64,000 nt of DNA from a virus: the IMG/VR virus record IMGVR_UViG_3300024346_000007; one strand, 5' to 3'. Shown piece after piece: positions 9,121-19,600 of this stretch. Under the pieces are notes generated by a model. The model was not told where the DNA came from. It searched no databases and saw only the letters and a program-made list of their open reading frames with translations. The position numbers and the translations under genes are program-made. The first letter of the stretch is position 1; every line of letters begins with the position of its first letter.

Positions 9121-9837
9121 TTAGGCTATCGTAAATTCTTCATAAGCCTTATTCCATTCGTTATCTGATTCTTTGGGCTCCCATCCAGATATCCAAGGGC
9201 CTCCTAAAGTATAATGAAGTATCCCAGCATCTTTTTTTAGGGATTCTTCGTTAACATCTACTAAATGATTCCATTTATTATCCAATTCTCCAATCTCCTC
9301 ATCTTTCAGCCACTTAAAAGCATGTAAATCTCTTCCTGGCCAAGTGTTTATATTCTCTACTGTTAGACTCTGGTGTGCTGGGTGATCACAGTTTATCAAC
9401 ATAACAGAAGACCAGTTCTTTCTATTATAATACACAGATGCTTGGTCTACCATTTTTACTTCTGATTGACCTACTTTTTGTTGATGCTTGACTACCATTG
9501 CAGCGTATTGCGGATCAGCCTGTTCAAATAGCTCATTTATATCTTTTAAAGCAACTATATCACAATCTAAGAATAATGCCCACCCTTTAGTTAGAAAGGG
9601 AATAGCAAATCTAGATATAGAAAACTCTGTGGTCTGTGGGGCTTGAGATATGGGACAGTACATTTGACTGCCTCTCCATTCTATAGGTCTATCTAATACA
9701 TCTTTTATCTCAGCTAGCTTTAAAGAGTGTATTTCTATTTTATTAGGATCAGCTAATCTACTATTAATTGAATGTTCAGCTACATCATAAGCTAATACTT
9801 CTCTTGGGTCCCAACCTATATATACTTTATTCTTCAT
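9121..9837 (-). CDS. GT-A fold glycosyltransferase (GT8/CDI-like)
   Basis: VYIGWDPRE, TEFSISRF, FLDCD (DxD), KNWSSVML, WNHLV, LHYTLGGPW. Confidence 0.8.
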   Translation of the reverse strand: MKNKVYIGWDPREVLAYDVAEHSINSRLADPNKIEIHSLKLAEIKDVLDRPIEWRGSQMYCPISQAPQTTEFSISRFAIPFLTKGWALFLDCDIVALKDINELFEQADPQYAAMVVKHQQKVGQSEVKMVDQASVYYNRKNWSSVMLINCDHPAHQSLTVENINTWPGRDLHAFKWLKDEEIGELDNKWNHLVDVNEESLKKDAGILHYTLGGPWISGWEPKESDNEWNKAYEEFTIA

Positions 9838-11158
9838 TTTCTTTCATTGTTTTAGGACCTACTACCACATGCAGTTCTGGTCCTGTCATGTATATTTTTC
9901 CTACTGTGAAATAGTGTTGTAGTACTGTGTTCCACCAATCCATACCTTGTTGTATTAGATGAGTATTTCTACCATCAGCATATGTTTTTGAAGCTGGTCC
10001 TGTATGAATGACGAGATACCCAACTTGTTTGATGCACCGCCTCAAATCTCCTAATACATCTGGTAGTAGTTCCGGTTCTATATGTTCTAGCACATCTGTG
10101 CATATTACTATATCTGCTGGACGTGCCGACTCCTCTTTGCCGATTACTCCTGGGTCGTACTCCCATATAGGAAAAGGTAATGCTTTTCCCAAGTACCCTT
10201 TACCACATCCATAATCTAAAACTAATTTAGTGTTCAACGCCTCAGTTAACTTAATTACTAAATCAGCATATTTGCCACCACCTATACCATATACAGCATT
10301 GTCTTTATGTAATTGTTTATTTAAGTCTGCGTATTCTGGAGTTATTACTTGTGGCTTTTGGAAACCTATCACATTTTTATACTTCTCTTTCTTTTCTTCC
10401 GGAGTATGGTTCTTATACATTTCTTGTGTTAGCCCTTCTCCATATAGCGTAGCTTTAACTGCAGGTAATTGATCTAGCTCGTGCAGCACTTGTTTAGATG
10501 CTTCTAGCATTCCTGGGGTTGTTATGAATGTTTTATTGTTACACTCTACTTCACAATGTTTTTGATTACCATTTGGATGAGCACCAGCATGTCTATTATC
10601 ATTTTCTATACTCCCGTCTAGTCCAAATATATGTAGGTTTCTATATCCTAAAAAAGCTGCATTTGTTATGCATCTTAACCCAACATCGCATCCTCCTGTT
10701 ACTGCCCATTCTCCTGGGGGCATCATAGCTATCCCTTCTTCTGTCGAATCAAATACATGCCAGAGCTTTACATTATACCCTTCTAAATGTTCAAAGTATT
10801 TTGGATGACATGCGCTTGCTATTAGATATTGTACATCTTTATGCGGCTGTCCTAGTAATTCTATTTTGTGTGATCTTGGATCTACCTCTACGTGATAGTT
10901 AGGAATTATGCCTCTTTCTATTAAGAATTTGTGCGCCCCAGAACAGGACATCACAACTTTAAACTTTTTAATCTCTTCCCATGTGTGATTTAAAGAGGGG
11001 CCAAAACCTACAATTGCAATAGGCTCTTCTATTCTTTCTTCATTAAACTCTACCCTATCTTTTACTTTAGATATAGCATATCTTATTTGTTCATCCCTTT
11101 TCCATATAGGGATAACATATTTTACATCTTGCTTTTCGTTAATATCAAGCTTTTTCAT
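9827..11158 (-). CDS. Maf/MptE-like (MAF_flag10-type) domain fused to a class I SAM methyltransferase
   Basis: N-terminal IAIVGFGPSL...GIIPNYHVEVDPR...LGYRNLHIFGLD. C-terminal VLDYGCGKG and CTDVLEHIEP. Confidence 0.7.
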   Translation of the reverse strand: MKKLDINEKQDVKYVIPIWKRDEQIRYAISKVKDRVEFNEERIEEPIAIVGFGPSLNHTWEEIKKFKVVMSCSGAHKFLIERGIIPNYHVEVDPRSHKIELLGQPHKDVQYLIASACHPKYFEHLEGYNVKLWHVFDSTEEGIAMMPPGEWAVTGGCDVGLRCITNAAFLGYRNLHIFGLDGSIENDNRHAGAHPNGNQKHCEVECNNKTFITTPGMLEASKQVLHELDQLPAVKATLYGEGLTQEMYKNHTPEEKKEKYKNVIGFQKPQVITPEYADLNKQLHKDNAVYGIGGGKYADLVIKLTEALNTKLVLDYGCGKGYLGKALPFPIWEYDPGVIGKEESARPADIVICTDVLEHIEPELLPDVLGDLRRCIKQVGYLVIHTGPASKTYADGRNTHLIQQGMDWWNTVLQHYFTVGKIYMTGPELHVVVGPKTMKENEE

Positions 11159-11174
11159 AACAATTTTATATACG

Positions 11175-11205
11175 CAAAGATATTATCTTTAGTTGATTCT
11201 AGCAA
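11175..11205 (-). promoter_or_regulatory. Bacteroidetes primary-sigma promoter (-7 TATCTTTG, -33 TTG)
   Basis: Minus strand TTG-N20-TATCTTTG, 16 nt upstream of ATG 11158; matches the TAnnTTTG consensus. Confidence 0.65.
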
Positions 11206-12520
11206 CTCTAAAAAAAGAACCTCTAGCAATAACTAAAGTATTAGCAGCAGCTGATGATCTAGCTACAGGGTATATAGCTCCTGTATTTTGTGCATCTATT
11301 ATTCCATTAACCCTTATAAAGTGAAGACCTGTGGCACCGACAATAGATGACCATACTGCTACGTTTGAATCGCCTGTATCGAAATCACCTACTACCAGTG
11401 TAGAGAATGTTGAAGCACCTGTTTGATTGACAGATAAAGACCCGATCCACTGCCCTGCTACCCTGTTTGCTGTAGGCCATACCAGTCCAAAAGAATTACC
11501 AGTAGCGGCAGATACGGAATACATTAGTTGTGCTTCAAATGTATATATAACACCAGCACTAACAGAAGTAGTTAAACCCGATATTCCTGCTAAAGTAGCT
11601 GTATTAAGAGTGTTTGCTGTACTGACATAAACAGTTGGATTTACTGAGTTGGCCCCCCCTGGTATTGCACTTATCCTATTAGATAAGGCATTAATAGCAT
11701 TTTGCAATCCTACTTGAGGTGCGCCTCCAGGAGCTAATGCCGAAACAGTTGCAACAGTAGTACTTACTGCAGAGATTGCGTTTGATAGTAAGTTTATAGT
11801 AGGACTTGATATACTTTCACTTACGATTAAAGATCCTGAAAAAATACCACTTCCATTAACATCTAACGTAGCGTTTAAAGATCCAGATTTCATTATACCC
11901 ATTCTGCTTCCAGATATCTTTACATCTGGAGACCCTGAAGCATTTGAAAACAGATAAAGAGATTGGGAGGCTACTCCTGGTTGATAATATGCTGTATTAT
12001 TCCCTATATATAAATCCCCGCCTGTATTATACAAATATGCGTCTTTTGATGTTCCATAGCTGAACCCCTTAATGGTACTACTGCCATTAATACCCATATC
12101 TATAAAGTTACTAGCTTCGGTTCCTATATCCGAATAGGCTACGATATCCGTGGAAGCAGATATTCCGCTATTTAAATTCTGTACATATAATTCTACGTAC
12201 CCATTTTTATTTCCTATAAACCCGCCTGCGCTATTTACATCTGTTATATTATCTATATCAACAGTAAGACTTCCAGATATAACAACGTTCTGTGTTTTAT
12301 CTATATATAATACGTCCTTACTGCCAGAAGATATTACGAATATTTGATTAGCAGCGCCTACATCAGATATTTCCATTAGTCCTCCGGTACTTCCAGATAC
12401 TACTAATATAGCAGATCCGCTTCCTTTAACGTGAAGCACGTTAGAAGATCCAGACATTGCTGTGCTTCCGGTAACCTCTAATCTTCCTAAACTGCCTGTA
12501 TCTGTGTAAAATATTGCCAT
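11189..12520 (-). CDS. Tail fibre/spike-like virion protein
   Basis: Ser/Gly-rich. Has one copy of the repeat QNxxSGxxASxDIVAxxDxGxExxxxIDMGIN, found three times in the 24811-29214 fibre. Confidence 0.65.
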   Translation of the reverse strand: MAIFYTDTGSLGRLEVTGSTAMSGSSNVLHVKGSGSAILVVSGSTGGLMEISDVGAANQIFVISSGSKDVLYIDKTQNVVISGSLTVDIDNITDVNSAGGFIGNKNGYVELYVQNLNSGISASTDIVAYSDIGTEASNFIDMGINGSSTIKGFSYGTSKDAYLYNTGGDLYIGNNTAYYQPGVASQSLYLFSNASGSPDVKISGSRMGIMKSGSLNATLDVNGSGIFSGSLIVSESISSPTINLLSNAISAVSTTVATVSALAPGGAPQVGLQNAINALSNRISAIPGGANSVNPTVYVSTANTLNTATLAGISGLTTSVSAGVIYTFEAQLMYSVSAATGNSFGLVWPTANRVAGQWIGSLSVNQTGASTFSTLVVGDFDTGDSNVAVWSSIVGATGLHFIRVNGIIDAQNTGAIYPVARSSAAANTLVIARGSFFRVARIN

Positions 12521-12540
12521 ATACTATAAATATCTTATTT

Positions 12541-12741
12541 TTAATTACTAGGCGGTGCCACGTATGGATAAGGCAATGGCCACCCTTCTGGGGTTACATA
12601 GGGGCTGTCTTCGCTTACTATAGGCATTGTCATTATAGACGTACTTGGTGCATATGACATAGTATACAACAAGTACAATATTATCATTGCTACAAATATA
12701 CGAATAACACTTTTACTATTAATTGTTATTGTGTGTTTCAT
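12541..12741 (-). CDS. Small membrane protein
   Basis: Hydrophobic segment IFVAMIILYLLYTM; fills the gap in the operon. Confidence 0.5.
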   Translation of the reverse strand: MKHTITINSKSVIRIFVAMIILYLLYTMSYAPSTSIMTMPIVSEDSPYVTPEGWPLPYPYVAPPSN

Positions 12742-12750
12742 TATTTTATA

Positions 12751-13665
12751 TTAGAAAGTTCCATAATAAGAATTTATTATACCTGTCAACGCCGCTCTAT
12801 AGTCATATGTAGTAGTACTCTGAGGATAATGGATTACCTCTTGTATGTTTCCACTCCAAGGAAACGATGGAGGGCCACTACCTCCAAAAAATCCTAAGAA
12901 GACTGTGCCTAAATCCCCTGTTCCAGAAATTGCAGTTCCTGCAACAGCTGTGGCTCCGTTTGTTGCATTATTCACATAAACTTCTACGTTAGCAGATGTT
13001 CTTTGCGCGTAAGCAATGAACTGAGAGGTTCCTGGATTTGTTGGTCCCAAGTCTGTGCCAGTGCCTCCCACTGTGTTAAATCCTATAGATTCTATATTTG
13101 TAGAGTTTCTTCTAATATTCTGGCTTACGTTAAGTCCTGTGTAGGTCGTTCTTACCATTAGTCTTGTAGTAGTATCTGCTACTTGTCCAACAGCATAAGT
13201 TGACCAGAGTCCACTAGCGTCAGTTATTTTTGATGTTAATGTAAATAGACCGGCTAAACCATTATAAAAAACTGCTGGTCTACCATTCAAAACTCTTAAA
13301 CTTCCAGAAGATACTATGTAAGGTTCTTGGATTGTTGTGCCCCCAGGAACTTCAGCATTGTCTGTATTATCTACTTGATTATACCATATGTTTACATAGC
13401 CGGTACCGCTTCCAACAAAAGTTAATAATGATCCAGTATCAATCAATCCATCTGCTTGGAATCCTATGTCTTGAGTGGTGTTATCGCTATCTCTTCTCAC
13501 TCTCATACAGAAAGTAGCAGATTCTGAAAGCTTCCTTACGCTAAACGCAGCTGAGGATCCTGTATATATGTCTAATGGAGCCGGTATTGTATACGATACT
13601 CTTATAATGGATCTAAACACTCCATCGCGCACTCTAAAAAAACTATTATTAAATCTTAGTGCCAT
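12751..13665 (-). CDS. ConA/LamG-like (arabinofuranosidase-B-like fold) virion protein
   Basis: AAFSVRKL...MRVRRDSDNTTQDIGF...WYNQ...NGRPAV...GNIQEVIHY...INSYYG pattern. Confidence 0.6.
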   Translation of the reverse strand: MALRFNNSFFRVRDGVFRSIIRVSYTIPAPLDIYTGSSAAFSVRKLSESATFCMRVRRDSDNTTQDIGFQADGLIDTGSLLTFVGSGTGYVNIWYNQVDNTDNAEVPGGTTIQEPYIVSSGSLRVLNGRPAVFYNGLAGLFTLTSKITDASGLWSTYAVGQVADTTTRLMVRTTYTGLNVSQNIRRNSTNIESIGFNTVGGTGTDLGPTNPGTSQFIAYAQRTSANVEVYVNNATNGATAVAGTAISGTGDLGTVFLGFFGGSGPPSFPWSGNIQEVIHYPQSTTTYDYRAALTGIINSYYGTF

Positions 13666-13667
13666 AA

Positions 13668-16600
13668 TTAGGCTGTTTCTCCATGTTTAACTGCCACCCA
13701 ACTAGTACTTCCTGCTAATGCTGTATTACTATTTGCATTTATCACGAAAGATCCTGCTATTTTACTTTCTAAAGTCCATGATCTAGCATCCTCTCCTGTT
13801 ATAGCCACTGAGTAGTTTGCATCTGTAAACGCTGCTGCGAAAGTAACTGTGGCTTTCTTAGGGTTACCAGTGAAAGAACTGTTAGCTACCGATCCTGCTT
13901 TTGTGGCTAGTCCTCCACCAGACCCACCAGTTGCACTGATAGATGCTGTTGTATTGGTTACAGTAGCTGTTATATTGGTAGCAAACTCTAGATAGGTAAT
14001 ACCTGTGCCTTGTATAACACCGCCGTCAGCTACTGTCAAAGATATAGTAGAACCTGAAGATCCTGATGATCCAGTAGATCCTGAGGAACCAGATGATCCA
14101 GTAGATCCGGTAGACCCTGAAGATCCTGTTGAACCTGAGCTGCCTGAAGAACCTCTGCTACCTGAACTACCGCTTGATCCGCTAGTTCCTGAAGAACCAT
14201 TTTGACCAGATGATCCAGAGCTGCCTGCACTTCCTGATGTACCTGTTGATCCAGCGCTACCAGAAGTACCAGAAGAGCCGTTCTGTCCTGAGCTACCTGA
14301 TGATCCACTACTTCCTGAAGTTCCTGAAGAACCGTTTTGACCGCTAGAGCCAGATGTTCCGGAGGAACCATTCTGTCCTGAGCTACCTGAAGTTCCAGAA
14401 GACCCGTTCTGGCCACTTGACCCACTAGTACCAGAACTACCGTTTTGACCACTAGAGCCAGATGTTCCGGAGGAACCGTTTTGTCCAGAAGAACCGCTGC
14501 TTCCAGATGTACCGGTAGAACCTGATGAACCTGTTGAACCGGAACTTCCGCTTGATCCTCTACTACCTGAACTACCGCTTGATCCTGATGTACCAGTTGA
14601 TCCTGAGGAGCCTGATGTGCCTGAGGAACCATTCTGTCCTGAAGAGCCTGAAGAACCACTAGAACCAGTAGATCCTGAAGTTCCAGTAAAGCCAGATGTA
14701 CCAGAACTACCATTTTGACCACTAGATCCACTGCTTCCGGATGAGCCACTTGTACCAGTAGAACCAGATGTTCCAGAAGAACCGTTTTGTCCCGATGATC
14801 CACTAGAACCAGAAGTACCCGTAGAACCGGATGTACCAGAAGAACCGTTTTGACCACTAGATCCAGAGCTACCGCTAGTACCTGTACTTCCAGATGTGCC
14901 TGAACTACCATTTTGACCACTGGATCCAGATGATCCTGCACTACCACTAGTTCCTGTACTGCCTGAAGTACCTGAAGATCCATTCTGTCCTGAGCTACCA
15001 GATGATCCACTTGACCCACTAGTACCTGTAGAACCTGAGGTTCCTGAGCTACCGTTTTGTCCAGATGATCCGCTTGATCCTGAAGATCCTGAACTACCAT
15101 TTTGTCCTGAGCTGCCTGAGGAACCAGACGTACCAGAAGAACCTGCTGCACCTGCTGTATTATAAAAGAACTGTCCAGTAGCTGAGTCAACTACTACGAA
15201 TCGAGTTAATCCTGAATTTAAAGCTAAGTCTTTTACAGCTATAGAGCCAGTAATCTTTACACTACCTGTAAACTCATGATTATCTAATAAAGAATCTCCG
15301 AATACATTAGACCCACTAGAGTATAAAACTGATGAGCTTATAGTCTGAACTACTATAGTCTGGGCTGTTAAGGTTCCTCTTACTGTAAAGTTATCTGCAG
15401 AAGATGCTGTAAGAGCGTTTATAGCCCAACTAGCAGTCCCTGATAAAGATCCTGTAATAGATCCTAATACGTTTATGCTGCCTGTTACAACAACAGATCC
15501 TGTTATTATAGCAGACCCTGTTAATAATAATGTATCTACATTTGAAGAAAATAGTGTAGTTCCACTAGCACCAGATACACTTAAGGAACCTGTTATAATT
15601 GTACTACCTGACACACTTACTGCACCATTATTTACAACTAGGATAGCTGAAGCTGTGGCTGCATTATTAGAAGCATCTGCTACTAACACTCTTCCTATAG
15701 CTGGGTTACTTATTGTATTAAAGCCTGTACCAGATGATCCACTAGTGCCACCAGTTCCAGAGGAACCAGATGTGCCTGTTGAACCGCTAGAACCAGAAGT
15801 ACCTGTACTACCTGAAGATCCAGACGTACCTGTAGAGCCGCTAGAGCCTGAGGTACCGGAGCTTCCAGAAGAACCACTGCTTCCAGCTGTGCCAGAGCTT
15901 CCTGACGTGCCTGTAGAGCCGCTAGAGCCTGAGGTACCGCTTGTACCTGATGATCCAGTACTTCCAGAGGTTCCAGTGCTGCCTGAAGTACCTGAGGAAC
16001 CGTTTGCACCGCTAGACCCTGAAGAGCCAGATGATCCAGTAGATCCTGAAGTTCCAGTAGAGCCAGAGCTACCTGATGTTCCGGAACTACCACTAGTTCC
16101 TGTAGAGCCCGATGTACCTGTTGATCCAGATGTACCAGTTGAACCGCTGCTACCTGAGGAACCATTTTGACCAGAGGATCCACTACTTCCAGATGTACCT
16201 GTTGAACCACTAGATCCTGAGGTACCTGTGCTACCTGAAGAACCTGTTGAGCCAGATGAACCAGAAGTACCTGTAGAGCCTGATGTTCCACTAGTTCCTG
16301 TAGAACCACTACTACCAGTTGACCCACTTGATCCAGAAGAGCCTCTGGTTCCTGATGACCCAGAAGAGCCGGAAGTTCCCGATGTTCCTGTAGAACCGGA
16401 AGTACCGCTTGTTCCAGATGTGCCAGATGTAGCTGCTGTATATGAAGTTCCGTTTATTACTAAAGATCCAGATATTGATACTGAACCAGTAAATTCGTGA
16501 GTGTTTTGTACTACCGTACCAAAATGAGTAGATCCAGTTACGAATTCTACAGAAGCAGTAATAGTTTGAACTATTAAAGTTTGAGCTGTTAGGGTTCCCC

Positions 16601-19600
16601 TTACAGTAAAGTTATCTGCTGAAGATGCAGTAAACGCATTTAAAGCCCAACTTGCAGTACCTTGTAAAGATCCTGTAATAGACGGGGATATAATAGAAGA
16701 GGCGCTAACCTGTGCTACATTGTATATGTTATTTCCTCCTAGTCCTAAGTTACCAGACATTTGTCTAGTACCATTTACTAGAAGATACTGAGTGTGGTCG
16801 TCAGCACCTAACCCTAATAGGTTTCCGTGAGTGGCAGAGGCGTTAACTCCAGCAGCTCTAAAACCAATAATAGGTCTAATATCTTGTATCTCTATTATAT
16901 TAGCTGAACCTGATCTTACATAGATAGAGGCTAGAGATACGACACCATCACTAAAATATGTTGGAGGAGTAGGCAATGCTGCACCTTCAGCTTCTACTAA
17001 TGAATTGTACTGTGTTTGTCCTACAACTAAGAAGTATTCTTCATCAACACCATCCCCTACAAGATATAAAGTATGTTTAGTGTAAGCTGATGAGGATAGA
17101 GGAACTAAAACGTCACTTCCAGAATCAAAGGTATTAGAAGTTACAGTTGTGGTTTGAGATCTATTCCACCCTGATCCGCTTCTATAGTATTGTGTAAAGT
17201 TTATAGATCCTGTACCAGCTGGAGTGAAGTTATTTTCTGAGAAGAAGTAGCTACCTTGTGTTACGTCTAATTTAAAAGGAGTAACATTTTCAGATACTAT
17301 AGATCCATCAGCAAATACAGGTCCTAGGGCGTCTCTATTAAACTTAGATAGTTTATTAGACATGTGAGCCCCATCATATGGACTCTGATCAATAAATTCT
17401 ACCCCAGTAGCATTTGTTACTACTCTTCCTAATATAATGTTTTGTGTACTATTAGGAGCAGAACCTGCTGCTGATAATATACCACTCTCATCAAGATAGA
17501 TGTAATTATTTGTATTTGGAGATAGAGTTAATGTGCTATTAACCCAATCTACTCTTTGGTATACATCAGGGTTTATTGAATTTTCTAAGTAGCCAAATCC
17601 AGCTGCAGTGTTAATTGTTAAACTACCAGAAATAGTAATTTGACCCCCTTCCATTACACCCATTGAACTACCCTTAAAGATAAGGGTTGTAGCGTCTGTA
17701 TGAGTACCATCTGCAAATGTTACAGATAATTTTCTTGTGATATCATTTTCACCGTCAGCATCATCTAAGAAGTTCCAATAGAAATCTTCACTTGCATTAT
17801 TAATTTTAGAATGATCTGATACTCCTTGGTATCTACCTCTTGTAGTTGCATTTAATATATTAAAATCATAAGTAGTAGAGTCGTGTATCATTGATCCCAC
17901 TACTCTAAAGTTAGGACCTATTCCTACATTAGGTACTACATATCCATAATCCCAATCTTGAATATCAATAGCAGCTCCTTCTAATTGAGCTCCATTTTCT
18001 AATTTAACTGCTGTTGAATCAGTTGTACCGTCTCCAAGGAACTTAGATGTATATAAACTTAGGCTAGAGCTAGGACCTGTTACAAAGTTACCTATAGTAG
18101 CACTTGCTGAAGGGAATAGGTAGTAGTTTTCTACAGTAGTAGATACAGAACCCCCATTACTAGAGGAAATATAAGTTCCATAAGTAAAAGTACCGTTTAT
18201 ATCAACATATTCTCCATAGAATTGAGTGTCAGTAGTGTTTGCTAAAACAGTTATACCTCTATCACAATCGTAAATTGATATTTTATGTACCTGAGCAAAA
18301 TCACCAATATCATCAACATATATTGCTGAGTATCCTGATCCTGCATTTGCTAAGCTCAAAAATGATACTTCATTATTGATGCCCATCTTAATGATGTGCT
18401 GGGTAGAACTGCTTGGGAATATCTGTGTAGTTTGAATGTTACTACCAACAATACTTACATATGGTCTACCAGTTAAGTCAATTGTATTTTCTGTGTATTG
18501 GCCAGGACCAACTTCAATTACATAGCGATTATTCTCGTTTGACCCACTAATCCAAGCTACAGATGCACTGATTGAGGTGAAATCTCCTCCTTTTTTAGCT
18601 ACAAACAATCTTCTTGGATCTTGTCCTACTTCATATAAAGGCGCATCTGTGGGGATAATGGTTTTTAAGAAGTTATCTGTACCTTGTACTTTACCTGTAG
18701 ATCCTGTATGTTCTATTAATACGTCTGTTGTACAGTTTTCAAAGTTAAGTGCAATTGCATCTATACTTGGTGCTGATCCGGTTTGTGGAGCCCATATACC
18801 ATTTATCCACCTTTGGAAGTTAACACCTGTTAAACGAAGCTGTCCCCCGTTATATACTTTAAATCCAGTACCTCTAGCAGTTCCTGTCGATCTTGTTAGC
18901 AAACATCCATTAACAATGAATGTACAACCAGGAGCGTCTGCTAAAGCAAATATTTGGTTGTTGTCACTTCCTGCTACACCACCATTTGTAGAAGTGACGT
19001 TTCTCAATTGCATCCTACCAATACCTCCGCTTGAACCAGAAGTTACATGGAATCCTACATCAAATGATTTTAATAAGCCTGCGTCTGTGTATCCTCCGTA
19101 TTTAACGTTAGAACATTGTAATATACAGTTTCCACTACTTCCGCTACCAATTACTTTAGCGTTTGTATAGTTAGTTCCAAAGCGAACGTTCTCTACGTAA
19201 GCAATTGCATTTCTTTGAGGGGTTGTAGCAGAAGAGTACACTACCGCAGAAGATCCTGTAAAAGTAGTTCCTTGAATCTGCATGTCTATGACCATAGATT
19301 GGTCACTCATTACAAAGATACTTGAACTAGGGTTAGAGGCAGAAACTACAGTTGATATAGAACTGTCTCCTTTAATTGCTACCCAAGAAGGAACAGTAAT
19401 AGTATCTTCTATGTATATTCCAGGAGCTACACTTACTGTGTAAGTATTGTTCTCAGAAGCATCTGTGATGCTAGATATGGCAGTCTTAATAGCGTTATAC
19501 CTAACTCCTCTACTTCCAGAAAGTCCTACGTTGACTATATTTTTTGTGAAAGTAAGATCATTGATAGTACTATACTCTACTGTACTACTAGCTGTGTTGT